Source: Octopus vulgaris
Taxonomy: Eukaryota
Direction of reading: 5' to 3'
DNA length: 64,000 bases
Assembly (NCBI GenBank): GCA_951406725.2
Contig: OX597821.1
Span: 98,456,001 to 98,520,000 of the forward strand
Numbering within the stretch: the stretch's first letter is position 1; every line of letters begins with the position of its first letter. Shown here in pieces: positions 1 through 13,931 of this stretch. A program made the translations under genes and the position numbers. The notes beneath the pieces are model-generated. The model did no database searches. It was not told where the DNA came from and saw only the letters and a list, made by a program, of their open reading frames with translations.

Positions 1-40
1 ATTTTGCTTTTTACAATTGGTCACTTGTTAAAGATTCAGC

Positions 41-426
41 TCTTTTACTCTTTTACTTGTTTCAGTCATTTGACTACGGCCATGCTGGAGCACCACCTTT
101 AGTCAAGCAAATCGACCCTGGGACTTATTCTTTGTAAGCCCAGTACTTATTCTATCAGTCTCTTTTGCCGAACCGCTAAGTGACGGGGACATAAACACAC
201 CAGCATCGGTTGTCAAGCAATGCTAGGGGGACAAACACAGACACACAAACATATATATACATATATACGACAGACTTTTTCAGTTTCCGTCTACCAAATC
301 CACTCACAAGGCTTTGGTCAGCCTGAGGCTATAGCAGAAGACACTTGCCCAAGATACCACGCAGTGGGACTGAACCCAGAACCATGTGGTTGGTTAGCAA
401 GCTACTTACCACACAGCCACTCGCGC
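41..426 (-). mobile_element. SINE-A: tRNA-derived CORE-like SINE (octopus OR-type), near full length
   Basis: Minus strand has A box TGGCTGTGTGG, B box GGTTCAGTCC, CORE-like TCTTGGGCAAGTGTCTT, a central (TA/TG)n and tail CAGTCAAATGACTGAAACAAGTAAAAGAG; more than 10 similar copies in the window. Confidence 0.9.
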
Positions 427-2816
427 AATTACAAAGAAATTCCCTCGCTAGCTGATATGGCCCCTATTTTCTTTAAAATAGGGATGCATGTTGCAAGAGA
501 TTTACCAGTCGCAATGAGCATATTCAGTGACAGTAAAAAAAGTTTCCCTTCGTGTGATTAATGTGACCCCAATTTTCTTTGAAATAAGGATGTTTGCAGC
601 AGGTAAGTTTAGTAAGGTTCAAAGGCAACATGAAAAAAGTTCCCTAGCTGACTCACATGGTCTTTACTATGAAAATAAAAATATTAGTCACCAGAGATCT
701 GAATGCTACATCTGCCAGCTTGCGTAACTATATAGACACATACTAGGCAGTTCATGTCCCCCTGCTACAACTTCAAAAGAGATTCAAGAAGTGTTAAGGG
801 TGATCTGGTGGCTCCATAGTCCAAATTAGGTATCTTACCTAAAAATTAATAAATATATATATATACACATATATATAACAGTAGGCAGTTTGTTGGTAGG
901 GAAGATCTGACTGCTACATTTTATAAATTAAAGAACTATGTAGCCAAACCATTCTTTGATTTAAATGGCCCTACTACCATTTCATAGACAGATGGGGGAA
1001 TTAAGAGGTGGTGGTGACAGATTTAGCTCCCTATATTAGGCAGGTTGAATGAACTACTTAGGAAAGTCCCTCCCCACCCACTAAGTTAGGCTTGATACTA
1101 TTTTACCATTTACTTCAATGAAGCAAGATCTCTTCCCTCACTCAGTGCACAGAAAAAGTGTCAGAATAGAAAGAACTGAATGACAAAACTTCTCTTCTGA
1201 AAAGCATTGAACTTCAACGATAATTTGATAACCATAGGTAACCACCAGAGAATTTAAACACCATACCAGAACTTGTTCTCTTATATCAGAGATAAAACTT
1301 TCCTCAAAATGAATATATTTTCTTCTTTATCTCTCCACCCTCTCTCACATCTGTCCTCTTCAGATCAACAACAGAACATATGCCTTGAGCTACTTACAAA
1401 TAACCTTATATCATGGAAAAGTTCTAGATAACATTCTTCTCCTACACCCAAAAACTTCCGTTGGAGATATCACATCAGTCTCTCTGATACAATTTTTGTA
1501 GTCCTCGTAATAAATGTAGCTCATCCTTACCCACTCCACACTTGACATTCCATCCTCATTGAAGAGCTTTGCTTATTTAACTTTTAAAATTACCCTTACT
1601 ATATCACATTTCAATGCCAATTGATGAAAAGGTTATACACAAATTATACATTATAACAACAAAATGATTTGGCTATTTTATTACCATATTTCTATTGAAA
1701 TAAACTGCTTTTATTTTCGGTTGATTTTTAAAATAACAAGAATCTTGTAAAAAAAAAAGTCATTATTAAACTGGTGCACATGAAATTTTTATGGTTTTAA
1801 CTTAGATCACTTTAAAACAAAAAGTTTGTATTATAGGAGTCAGGGGCAGTCTCAGGTAGAATGAAATCAAAAGGGTTCAATGAGTTAGGATGAAAGATGG
1901 GAGATTTTAATTTTTGAGTTTGAAATTTTAAAAACTGACATTTAAATCTGAAGCAAAATTTGACTGAAAAAAAATTCATAATTAAAAATGTAATACTTCT
2001 GTAAATCATAACCAGATTATTCTTTTTAAAAAAATTGCATCAAACATATTTTTACAAAATGAAAATCTAATTTGAACTCAAAAGGAAATTTAATTTGATT
2101 ACAAACTGAAATTTCGTCAGTTCGTTTTAGCTTGATTTAAAATTAAATTGATTCAAATATCAATCTTAGTTTGAAATTATTTGTATTTGTGTATTTATGT
2201 GTGTGTGTGTGTGTGTGCATTCTCAATTTAAAACTATTGAAAGAAAAAAAAAATGTTTTAATCTATTCATTAAACTTGTAATTTTCAGAATTATTAACTC
2301 ATCTTGTTGTTGGGGTTATCCCAACAAGTTGTGAAATTATGCTAATAGAACTTGCTGTGGAGAGACTGCCCCAATTAAAAGTTCAATACTGCAATCTAAG
2401 TTGAAGTGGCAGAGTGGCTTCAAATCCACTTGCTTTAAAACTTCCAGGAAGTACTTGACCATAAAGGTTATGTCTAGGGCAAGTTTGAGAGAGCAATTTT
2501 TTTATAGATCAATGGCAATAACCCAGCCCAATGGAACCAACTCTCATCTTCACAATGTATATTGACAATAGATATATCTGTATACTTTGTTTTGATCAGT
2601 TCAATCACCAATCATCAGAGTACTTTACCTCGGAATGTATAGATTCAAACTGAATTTGAAGTAGAGTCCAGTATTCCAAAGCTAAGCTTTGAGCCAGGGT
2701 TAGCATCAGCACTTCGAAACTTCAGTGCCAGTTGAAAGAAATTCTCAGCTTAGATATCAGACATCTAAATGTTTGAGATGAATTGTTAACAAGATTATAA
2801 TTTTCTAGAATATTAA

Positions 2817-3038
2817 CCCTTTCATTACTGTATTTATTTTGAGATGCTCTGTGTTTCTTTCAATTAATTTTAAATAGAACAAAGAATTTAGTAAAATAAC
2901 TTAGTTATCATTAAGCTAGTGTTAGGAGCATAAATTGCGACTAAGGTTTGGTGGAAGATTTTAATTCAAAACTTATGAAAACAAGACATTTGTATTACAG
3001 AGCCAAAGCTGGTTTCAACCGTGTTGGTAATGAAAGGG
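2817..3038. mobile_element. piggyBac-like MITE
   Basis: TIRs CCCTTTCATTAC / GTAATGAAAGGG flanked by TTAA (2813-2816, 3039-3042); no ORF; followed by a partial tandem copy to 3211. Confidence 0.8.
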
Positions 3039-4499
3039 TTAAATATAACAAAGAATTTAGTAAAATAACTTAGTTATCATTAAGCTAGTGTTAGGAGCAT
3101 AAATTGTGACTAAGGTTTGGTGGAAGATTTTAATTCAAAACTTATGAAAACAAGACATTTGTATTACAGAACCAGAGCCGGTTTCAGCCGGTTTGGTAAC
3201 GAAAGAGTTAATCTCATTCTTAGATTGTATATTTACAATGTATGTAGACCATATTTTGAGCAATTCAATTTCCTGGCTTTGTAATCTACCTGGTCTAAGA
3301 CAAGATTTTGGATTTAGTTTATTCCTGAATAGGTAGTGATAAATTACTTAAGAATAGAGAGTGTAAATGAGTTAAGTAATCAACTGAGCATTAACCTTTT
3401 AGCATTAACCTGTCGAAGGTGCAATGGTGATGCTTATTTATTCTCACTGTTTTGAATTAATCAGGTGTTATCTTATAGCTTTGAGGTTTCAATGATGTAA
3501 TTAGAATGTAGGGTAGGTGTAAAAGGGTGGATCTTGCCAGTAAAAGGGTAGATCTTGCCAGTTTGGACATGAAACTGAATAGTAAGAAGACAGCAAGAAG
3601 ACATTATGTAATCTTACAGATTACATAATGAAGAATTGAAACATAGTTAATGATGATTGGGTGGGGGCAGAATTAATGATCAACACATTATCATAATCAT
3701 ATGATAGTCATTAGTTGGATGGCTTGATGGGATCCAACAAGCCATAAAGTTGTGTCAAGTTCCAATGTCAGTTCTAGCATGATTTCTTTAACTAGATGCT
3801 CTTCCTAATACCAACCACTTTACAGCTGGTGCTTTTCATGACACCAGCACTAGTGAGGTTGTTAAGTAGCTTGCAAGACAAAGAAAAAAAGAAGCCCCTT
3901 CAACTGAGAGGGTTGTGATACCGGGTGAGGTGTGTATTGTGTTATATTCCAATATATGGGTATGTGAATGTTTTGATAAATATCAGTAATATACTGAGAG
4001 TGTGTTCAATTAATTGTATCTCTAATTTATTGTGATAGAGTGTAAATGCTTGCATTTGAGTGTACACCTCTGCTAAAGGCATCCAAAAGGCCATTTAGTG
4101 ATGTTAAATTGGATGGTTGATTAAGTCTATCACTCAAAAATAGATACAATTCCTGTGGTGGACATCCACAGTTTCTGTTTAAGAAATTTCACTTGAGGTT
4201 ATGATGTCCATGGTTCCAAGCTATAATATCAAACCTAAAACCATGTGACTTATAAAGAGAATTTCTTAACCACATAGCCATGCCTTTCTGCCCTAAATTA
4301 AGATTTAAAAAGTGAGAACAGTAAAACCACCTGTCAGTTGAAATGTTTACATCTAGAAGGAAATACTAAGAATGTCTCGAAATGTCAATGGTAGAATGAC
4401 CTAAATCATCAAATTCCAACAAATCATAAATCACTAACAAAAAAAATATATGAAAATATACATGAAGAAAATTTTCAAAACAACTGAACGTCAACCTCA

Positions 4500-4850
4500 C
4501 CAACTCACTGGTCCACAAGCATGTTTCTTTTCTCTGCCACTTCTACCACAGCTTCTGCTTTTCTGAACTAACAAGCCGGGTACCACCTCCATGTAAGTAC
4601 ACCCAACGCACCCATCTTTCCTCCTCATGTCATCTTTATTGTATCCTGCTACCAAAACTCAGCAGTAAGCACTTTGCAAACATCCTGAAATATCCCCCCA
4701 CCCATGTTTTCCATACAGGCATTAACCAACTGAAAGAGATTTCAACGGAACATCAACTGCACCCACCTCGTTAAGTTATGGGTGTTATACTTCTTCCTCA
4801 TCTTAATAATGGTTTTCTGAAAAGTCAGGTTTGCAATAACATATCCTAAA
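4500..4850 (-). mobile_element. Highly degenerate RTE-like LINE fragment (EN-RT linker region)
   Basis: Broken minus-strand translation (TWRWY..VQKKQKLW*KWQ) resembles the RTE ETWWW..KK..KKWQ segment; many stops. Confidence 0.35.
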
Positions 4851-5105
4851 GTTGTTTTAGTTCACACCCACAAAAATTTCAAGACACGATCATCATCATG
4901 ATCGTTTTATCATCTACTTGCATGGGCCAGACAATTCGTTGAGGCAGATTTTTCTACAACCAGATACCTCTCCTACACCTCACCTGTTTCCAGGCAAGGC
5001 AAATTTCCCCCATGTGTATACACACCACCACCAAAGGGTTAACAGAATTAACATTTGCCACTGGATATATTCGCTATACATACTGATTAGTGTATAAACA
5101 AGTCT

Positions 5106-5305
5106 TTAACCCTTTTAAAACCAATTTACTTAAGACTGCTCTTGGTTTTATGATACAAACTTTTCTATTTTCAAATGATCTGAATTAAAGCCTACCCTCA
5201 AAATTCCATGTTTATTTCTGTTCCAAACCTCAGCCTTAATAATTACAAGGTTATTTTACTAATTTCTAAATTATTTTCAATATTATTTGAAACGGTGTAT
5301 TTTAA
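5106..5305. mobile_element. Older piggyBac-like MITE interrupted by the RTE insertion
   Basis: Starts TTAACCCTTTT; similar to 36396-36815; the right end (TAACAAAAGAGTTTAA) resumes after the RTE (GAT)n tail at about 6611. Confidence 0.55.
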
Positions 5306-5306
5306 C

Positions 5307-6610
5307 GAGTCAACCTAGCTAAAACCAAAGTCCTAATAAGTAGGAAGGTAGACAAATCACAAACGTCTTCAGGTAGATGGACCTGCTCGATCTGTAGAAA
5401 AGGCGTAGGTAGAAACTATGAGATGTACCAAGTGTAATCTATGGACACATAAGAGGTGCAGCAATGTCAAAGGAAGGCTAACTAGGAAAATAGTTTTTGT
5501 ATGTGGCAGATGCTCAGAGAACAATTTCCACCATATTCCAGGGAGAAAAACTAGAAATAGTTGATAGCTTCCGTTACCTAGGTGACCAAGTCAGTGGCAG
5601 AGGTGGGTGTGCTGAAAGTGTAACTGCTAGAGTAAGAATAGCCTGGGCAAAGTTCAGAGAGCTCTTACCTCTGCTGGTGAAAAAAGGCCTCTCGCTCAGA
5701 GTAAAAGGCAGACTGTATGACACGTGTGTACGAACAGCCATGCTACATGGTAGTGAAACATGGGCCGTGACTGCTGAGGATATGCGTAAGCTCGCAAGAA
5801 ATGAAGCCAGTATGCTCCGTTGGATGTGTAATGTCAGTGTTCATACTCGACAGAGTGTAAGTACCTTGAGAGAAAAGTTGGACCTAAGAAGTATCAGTTG
5901 CGGTGTGCAAGAGAGACGTTTGCACTGGTATGGTCATGTGACCAGAATGGATGAAGATAGTTGTGTGAAAAAGTGCCACACCCTAGCGGTTGAGGGAACC
6001 TGTGGAAGAGGTAGACCCAGGAAAACCTGGGACGAGGTGGTGAAGCACGACCCTCGAACTTTAGGTCTCACCGAGGAAATGACTAGAGACCGAGACCTAT
6101 GGAAGTATGCTGTGCGTGAGAAGACCCGGCAGGACAAGTGAGACCATAACCCATGGCCTCTACCTGGAATGTAGCCAGTCCACGTATGCATACCTTTCCT
6201 TCTTGGGACACAAAACTCTACTTGTGAAGACCTGTTGAGGCAAGTGAGAATCAGAATCAATATCGAAATCGATCAACATCAATGGAAATTGTAGCTGTGA
6301 TACCAGTGCTGGTGGCACGTAAGCGAAGCGAACCATCTGAACGTGGCCGTTGCCAGCGCCGCCCTGACAGGCCTCCGTGCCGGTAGCACGTAAAAAGCAC
6401 CATCCGACCGTTCACCAGCCTCTTCTGGCACGTAAAAGCACCCACTACACTCACAGAGTGGTTGGCGTTAGGAAGGGCATCCAGCCGTAGAAACATTGCC
6501 AGATCAGACTGGGCCTGGTGCAGCCTTCTGGCTTCCCAGACCCCAGTTGAACCGTCCAACCCATGCTAGCATGGAAAGCGGACACTAAATGATGATGATG
6601 ATGATGATGA
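5307..6610 (+). mobile_element. RTE-clade LINE, 5'-truncated (RT C-terminus, 3' UTR, (GAT)n tail)
   Basis: ORF 5497-6141 has VDSFRYLG, LHGSETW, RRLHWYGHV and RGRPRKTW, typical of RTE; 3' UTR ends GGAAAGCGGACACTAAAT(GAT)n. Confidence 0.92.
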
Positions 6611-7098
6611 TAACAAAAGAGTTTAATGTCTCAAGGCTACCACCTTTAGTAAGTTTCATTTTCTCAAGTTTGTTATTGTATTTTCTTTTTACACTCAAGT
6701 ATAGTGTTACCCAAACCCAATGCTTTATATTAAATTTCTGTCATTATATAAGAATATTGTAGGCAGAACACTCCTCTAATACATTACCCTTTATCCATAC
6801 GTTAGATATATAAAACATAACCACATTTCCATGTTAGGGATGGGTCATCTTTGTTTTTATAAGATGGCATTTTTTAATCACTGATCTGTAAAGTAGAAGT
6901 GGAATCTGCTTAGCCAGACAGACTGCTTTGTGTAAAGGTATGTTCCCTTACTTGCCAGTTACATCACAGCAACTGTATAAGGGTTTCAGAACTGGTTAGT
7001 TGAGACAGGCACAAGCAAGACTGCACAGACACACACTCACATGTTTTAATCAAAACAAATTGTCAAACAGCTCCAAACAATAAACAGATATATAGGAG

Positions 7099-7145
<47 letters not shown>

Positions 7146-9691
7146 CCTTGTCTTGACGTCATATGGTGCTTGTAAAAAAAATAAACGATGTTTGTTTCCA
7201 GCCTTTTGTGAAAAATGTTTGGTCAAAGGGAAATTTTATCTTGCTTGAAAACAGGTAAGTGTTGATGACAAGAAGGGTATCTGGCCATTGAAAATTTACC
7301 TGAAGTTCTGTCTAACACCTGTAAGCATGGAAAAGTGGATGTTAATTATATGTATGTGTGTGTGTGTATGTGTGTGTATGTATGTATGTATCTATGTAAT
7401 GTATTCAAAATGTTTTTTAACATTCAAATTTAATACCAAGAGGCATTTTAGTCCAGACCACTAGTAGTACTACTTAATAATATTTGTTTCTAACTTTGGC
7501 ACAAGGCCAATGATTTTAAGGAAAGGGGTTGGTTGATACCATTAACTTGACCTCAAAAGGATGAAAGTTTATCACAACAGGATTTGAATTTAAGCCGGTG
7601 GCCACAATCTCTGCACCCCCCCCCCAAAAAAAAACCACATTATCACTCTCTCTCTCTGTCACACACACAGAGCAACACACACCTCATCTCACTCTCTCAG
7701 TCAAATCACATATTCACTGAAAAAGGTGAGAAACAATAAACAGAAAAAAATGTACACTGTCAATCTCTCACACATACAAACACAACACACACTTTCCGTC
7801 TCACACACCCCATTCAACACATACACATGTCCTCTCTCTTTCACTTTATGCTGACTTCAAACAAAATGTACATTTCCACTCACAAAAATAAACATATTTT
7901 ACCTGTAAGGTAACAGCTGAGCTGCATGCACACACCTTTGAGTTCAAACAAAAGATTGTCAAAATGGCTAAGCTTTTACCAAATTTCTTATATTTCAATT
8001 TTTTTCATTTTTATGATATAATTGCATTCATTAATACAGAGGACGTAATTAAACTAATTGCAAATTAGCAGTGTCATCAATTGGGTTTTTTTTTTCTTAC
8101 CTCAACGATGCCGGTAACATATATTAAAAGTCCCCTAATAGAACTATATTCATAAAAATGTATAGAGCTACATTATCACCCTCAAATTTGAGAAAGAAGC
8201 ACTCATAACTTTTTTTTAAACTTCATTACATGAGATTGGTACCATGAAATTCTTCAAATTGAGCTGTATCATTTAAGCTTAATTAAAATATAGTTTGTTT
8301 TTAAAATGAAAAGTTTAATTATACTTAAATCCAATTTAATAGTTATTAGTATTTTACCTCAACATTTTTTCTACAAATTTTACCTCAACATTTTTTATCA
8401 AAATTTTTGTTGCATGGGATCCAAACTATGAAATTGTTCATGCTTCCATCTATCATTGAAGCTAAGATAAATATATTTTGCTTTTGAAATAAAAAAAGTT
8501 ATTTAGATCTAAACTCGATTGGAGGCATTACTCTCCTATAACGTTGCTACAAATTTTGATGTAAACTTTTTTCTACTGGACCAAATCTCAATTTTTCTTA
8601 TGCCAAAATGTAGCTAGGGACCAGCCCTCTTCAAAAATGTTAACTGTCTTCAATTTGGTTAAGAACTGAATTAGCGACAAAGTTCTGAAGATGCCGCGTG
8701 TGAGTAAATTGCAGCCTTAAGAATATTATTCAATTTCTACTGTAGTTAAATGATACACTTTCATCAACACACTGGAAGAAATCAGCTTCATTCAAAACTG
8801 ATGAAGAAGAGGTTCCATCAGGTTAAAAATGTCCAAGACATGATAACACACCAAGACTTCATTCATCAGAAGTCAAGGGACCATCACTACAGAGCTGACA
8901 CTATTTTATCAAACTCTGAAAGAATGACAGGTCAAATCAAACCTGGTAAGGTGTGAACTTGGGCAAACAAAAAATACATAGACCTTTTTTCTTGAATCCC
9001 ACACCATCCATCGATCATCTCTATCACTATCCCTGATAGAGTCATAGGTGTAGGGTCCTCAGGCATCCACTCTATAGGGTACTAAAAGAAGCATCACTTT
9101 TTGCTGACCCAGTGCAAATACCAGCTTTGTGTCTGGCACAAATAAAACTGCCACAAGCTGTAATATGAAAAGGGGTCAAAAGAATAGCTATACTGTATTG
9201 TCTGTCATATTGGTTAACAAGGAATGTATTTGGATCTTAGGTAGAGAGGTCCATTTGAAAAATATATTGCAGTCTCCACTCAATGTTGGTACAACCACCA
9301 ATGAGCCTGCAACATGAGGTGGAAGCAAAAAGAGCGTATGTCCTAGAATCCTGATACTGCTCAAAAGCTACTAAATTCTCACCTTAATTTTTTTATGTTT
9401 GTTTAGTGTCACATATTTAAGACCTACCTGTTTTTAACTCAACTGACAAAGCAGAGTGCTACAGTTATTTTCTGAAAACAAAGACCCACTCTGTTAGCTG
9501 TGGAGCAGGTTGAATACAATAAAATAAATGAGTCAAAACTTATCAGGTCAGGTATTTATGACCAAAGCTAGAGACACAGTTTCAATCCTAGGATAAAAGC
9601 ATTTCCGTTTTATTCATATGCTTTCTAAAATATATAGGAGTGTACACACAGATTTTTTTATATGCACACACAAACACATAAACATGCACAT

Positions 9692-9723
<32 letters not shown>

Positions 9724-10429
9724 TATGCATACACATACATATGAGCACGCTTATATATATATATATATATGACTGACAAAGAAAGAGTATGTTGTCGGAG
9801 CCTCATACATTGAAACCAACGGGTGAGTCCATCAAATATATATATATACACACACACACATATACATATATATGTCCATGCATACACACACACACCTGAG
9901 GCCTTGTTATTGCAAAAAAAACTTCTTAACCATCCAGTCATACAATGAAAGGACATTAAATAAAACATCCTCCTCAGTTTCTTTCCTCATAACTCTTTAA
10001 AACTCATTTCTAAGTGACATTTTGCAGAAGTACATTTTCAGGATTATAGATTACATGATGCTTTATGTTTCAAACATAATTCTGCTGCAGAAATCGGTAG
10101 CAAGAAAGTTGCAGCAGAGAACAGTTCAAAAGTCCTCAGAAATAAAATTTTAAAAAACCACCTTCTGAATTTTGTCAACATAACTGTAACTTACACCCTT
10201 AGAAATATACATTAACCAAATTTTACATAAAAGTAAGCATTTTCAGGAAGTTATGAGGAAACAAAGTCAGAAGGGAGTACCAAACTGTAGTTGTGCCTGA
10301 GAGAGAGAAAGAGAAGGATTGCTCTTAGTATTGGATGAAGAAAAGTTAGGTGCCATCTAAATTCAGATACAGAAAGCTAATACTACAAAGCATTCAATCT
10401 AGGACGAACCATTCTATTAATTTTCCCCC

Positions 10430-11400
10430 ATTGATTGTCGTAAATATAACCCATTTCCACTAAAGATTGAATAAAAAGAATTGAATGATTACATTCAGAT
10501 GTAAACTAATTCTTAAAAGACTAAATAGTTTGTCGTCAAAAAAAAAATACACAAGGACTTTAATAAATACACACACAGACTTATATGTGCACAATATAAC
10601 ATTAGATGTGGTAGGAAATAAATAACGTAAACACATTCCTTCTATGCTTTTAATGAACAAAACAAAGAAAATCTCCTGACGAACCGTTTCGAAGTTCATC
10701 GACTGCTCTTCAGAGGAAACGTATTTGATTTCCTTTCGCAATCGATGGCACAAAATATTCAACTACTACATAAAGGGGTTTGGAAGTAAGCTATTTCCGT
10801 GGATAGTTTAATTTGCATATTTTTGCTTTAGACGGCTAGTCAGTAATTTCACAATATATATTTTACGAACAGTGCAGCGTGAATCAGAAAGACTGACATT
10901 AAATTTAAATATTAAAGAGCCTCACTGCAAGAAATTATATAATATCAGTGGAAGTATTATTATCTGGTGATTTCCGTTCGGCAAGAAACTTGTAGTAATG
11001 GAAATATATTCAACTGCGTGTGTGTGGGTATGTGCACGAAAAGGGAAAAGAAGAGATGAAGTCGGTGTCCTACAACATTTAAAACTATTTCTCTTAAAGT
11101 CAAATGTGAAATAATAGAAGATAAATAAGTCGGGTGGAATTCATCCCACAGCAATTGCTTTGTCTGTTTAATTGATTGCGTGTGTGTGTGCAGTTGTCAA
11201 ACGCCCGCAACAAAAAAGTTTTGAAAAGTTGTGTGAAGTTTGCAGTCAAATAATAAGGGGTTTTTGAAATCATAAACTGGTCTTAAATAATAGTTATCTT
11301 GATTTAAAGGGACATTTTGTGTTGAAGAAGAATCTCTGTATGGATAATTCAGTGTCAGAAACGTAAATACTATGTTCGGAAGTGTGTATGAGTGAGTGAA
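10430..11400. promoter_or_regulatory. CpG-retaining, apparently unique region; possible promoter or 5' end
   Basis: About 25 CpG per kb by manual count versus about 3 per kb at 1.6-2.6 kb; little recognisable TE sequence. Confidence 0.35.
10672..10719 (-). ncRNA. Type I hammerhead ribozyme motif, canonical core
   Basis: Minus: TTTCCT-CTGAAGA-GCAGT cgatga ACTTC-GAAAC G gtt C GTC-AGGAGA; stems I, II (one mismatch) and III; GUC site. Confidence 0.7.
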
Positions 11401-12280
11401 ATACTATATTTTATCATGATACAAGACATAACAACATTTAGTTTCAATTATCTTTTTGAGATAAATACCTTTTAAAAAGGTATTCGCCTTTTTAAAAGTA
11501 TTCATCCAGTATTCCCAATGTATTTACTGTACATTCAACGTTTCTCGGTTTTCACAATTCTGTTTCTAATTTTTTTTTTTATATATTTCGACCACACCGA
11601 AATATAACTCATTAAGCAAGTTATAAACTTCTTAAAACGAATTTGTTCTTTTAAATATAACTTTTTAGTCCTTAATCATTAATTTAGAGACTATTTATTA
11701 CTTCCCTACTTTATTTCAGATGGGATTTTCGTTCACAGTGAGAACTACACACACACAAAATACTCTGTGTGTGTGTGCGCGCGTATATATATATATATAT
11801 ATATTAGATGAGTTCAACACAACAGGAAGAGAAATTATAAAATAGATTTTCCTTTTAAAACAGAATGAGCAACATATATAAATTGCAAGGGTTAAGATGA
11901 ATCCTACAACAATTATTTGTATAGATATCATTGACCTCCCTGCGAGAAAAAGATATGAACGAAGCAAAGCTTTCTCATGCGGCATGCAACAAGTTTTGCA
12001 AAGTTGTGTGGAATTAACGATCAAAAATAACGTATTTAACTTTTAAAACATTTTAATGCCTACAATGAAATTGCTTCGTGAATTTTGAATGAAGTAATAT
12101 TAAAAGCAAAAGAAATTAACATTCAATTGAAAGTAGATACATACCTATAGGAAAACTTAAACTTTCACAACATACAAAAATATAGCTATAAAGTTTGTCT
12201 ATTTTTTTTGGCCTTAAAGAATAAAGGGCAACTTAAATCTACAAATAATTCATATACAATATAAAATTCAACACACACAC

Positions 12281-12325
<45 letters not shown>

Positions 12326-12483
12326 CACACACGAGTTAACCCAATTTTTCTAGACAAACCTGAATTCTTTTTGAAGTTTTCCCCCCCGAGTTTTAAAATA
12401 AAACCAATTTTGATTAAACCATATGCTGAGGTAACTACTAATACTTTTTTTAGAACTATCTTTTGTATTCCATGTGTCGCCTA

Positions 12484-12521
<38 letters not shown>

Positions 12522-12848
12522 ATATATATACACACACAGATATGGAAAATATTCCTGAAATATTTTATTAAAGGATAAGCCTTACCTTAATGACAATGAA
12601 TGGACTTTTTCTTTACGATTGCTAATTTTATAAGGTATTAACTACAAATATTTCACAGCCAATATGTCTGTGGGTGTATGTATGTATGTATATATATATA
12701 TATATAGAACCATCAGACATTGGAATACGTTTGATCATAAATCAACCTGATCAAAGTTGACTTAGGTTTAAACAACATTAAAAAGTTTTTTTTATTAAAG
12801 CACAGGTTTACTACGTTATGAATTTTAAAGAAAAGTGGAATATTACAG

Positions 12849-12910
<62 letters not shown>

Positions 12911-13414
12911 GATAAAGATCCGTAAGTTACTAATACAGAAATTGTTATACATTTTCCCCTTTCTTGTTCAGACAAAGATAGAAATATACAAAGTGAGTTG
13001 CTTCAACTTTTAAAGCAATTATCTTCTACTCACCCAAGTTAACACATTCTGTGTACATGTTGCTCACTATTTTGCCATGGACGAAGCAGAAATTATGGTA
13101 TTCCCGACAATAAAATATATAGAGAGAAGTGTTGGAATCAGATAAGTTATTATCAAGATATGTATGAACTTCTTTTAAGAACAGTGATAGATAAAGTTGC
13201 CTAGACTTTTATGAAAGAGAAGAGACGAAAAGTTACTACAAGTTTGTTATTCCTGAGGGAGTTCTCAATAAGTCGAGTGGGAGTTTGAGTACTTGTTAAC
13301 AGCTGTAACAGCAGCAGCGGCAAGAGCACTAGTAGTAATCAGCAGGAGCTAGCAGTTGAAATGTACAACAGTGTGTGTGTATATGTGTGTGTACCCGAAA
13401 CTATATATACATTT

Positions 13415-13880
13415 TATCTTTTACTTGTTTCAGGCATTGAAATGCGGCCATGCTGGTGCACCGCCTCGAAGTGTTTAGTTGAATAAATCACCTCCAGTAC
13501 TTCTGTTTTTTTTTTGTTTTTTTTCAGACCTGGAATTCATTCTGTCGGTCTCTTTCTTTGTCGAGCCGCTAAGTTATGGGATGTAAACAAACCAACAGCG
13601 GTTGTCAAGCAGTAAAGGGGGACAAACACAAACACACTTGTATGTATATATGTATGTATATTTTTATTATTTTACTTGTTTCAGTCATTTGATTGTGGGC
13701 ATGCTGCAGCGCCACCTTTAGTCGAGGAAATCGAGCTCAGGACTTATTCTTTGTGAGTCTAGTACTTATTTTATCGGTCTTTTTTGCCGAACCGCTAGTT
13801 TGTGGGGACGGAAACACACCAGCATCGATTATCAAGCGATGGTAGGGGAACAAACAGATACACAAATACATATATATATG
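13415..13880 (-). mobile_element. Two partial SINE-A copies (3' halves)
   Basis: Both begin TTTTACTTGTTTCAG(T/G)CATT and match 41-250. Confidence 0.8.
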
Positions 13881-13931
13881 GGAAAAAAAGTCAAGATAGA
13901 AAATGCTAAAATAATTTTATAAAAAACATTT

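Noticed and set aside
220-561. Recurrent MLGGQTQTHK../MSSNARG.. ORFs (also 42840, 46132, 57265)
   Set aside because: Antisense readings of SINE-A; they recur because the repeat recurs.
2290-2760. Possible exons after TTTTCAG at 2288 and on the minus strand at 2630-2750
   Set aside because: Frames close within about 40 codons and no protein family is recognisable.
8090-8120. Strong minus-strand splice donor GAG|GTAAGA
   Set aside because: The TTACCTCAAC motif recurs at about 8355 and 8380, suggesting transposon subterminal repeats; no associated exon.
9019-9041. CTCTATCA..TGATAGAG palindrome resembling a tet operator
   Set aside because: Spacer length is wrong and there is no vector context; likely chance.
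10811-10818. Octamer ATTTGCAT
   Set aside because: A single 8-mer is expected by chance in AT-rich DNA; no snRNA or histone gene nearby.
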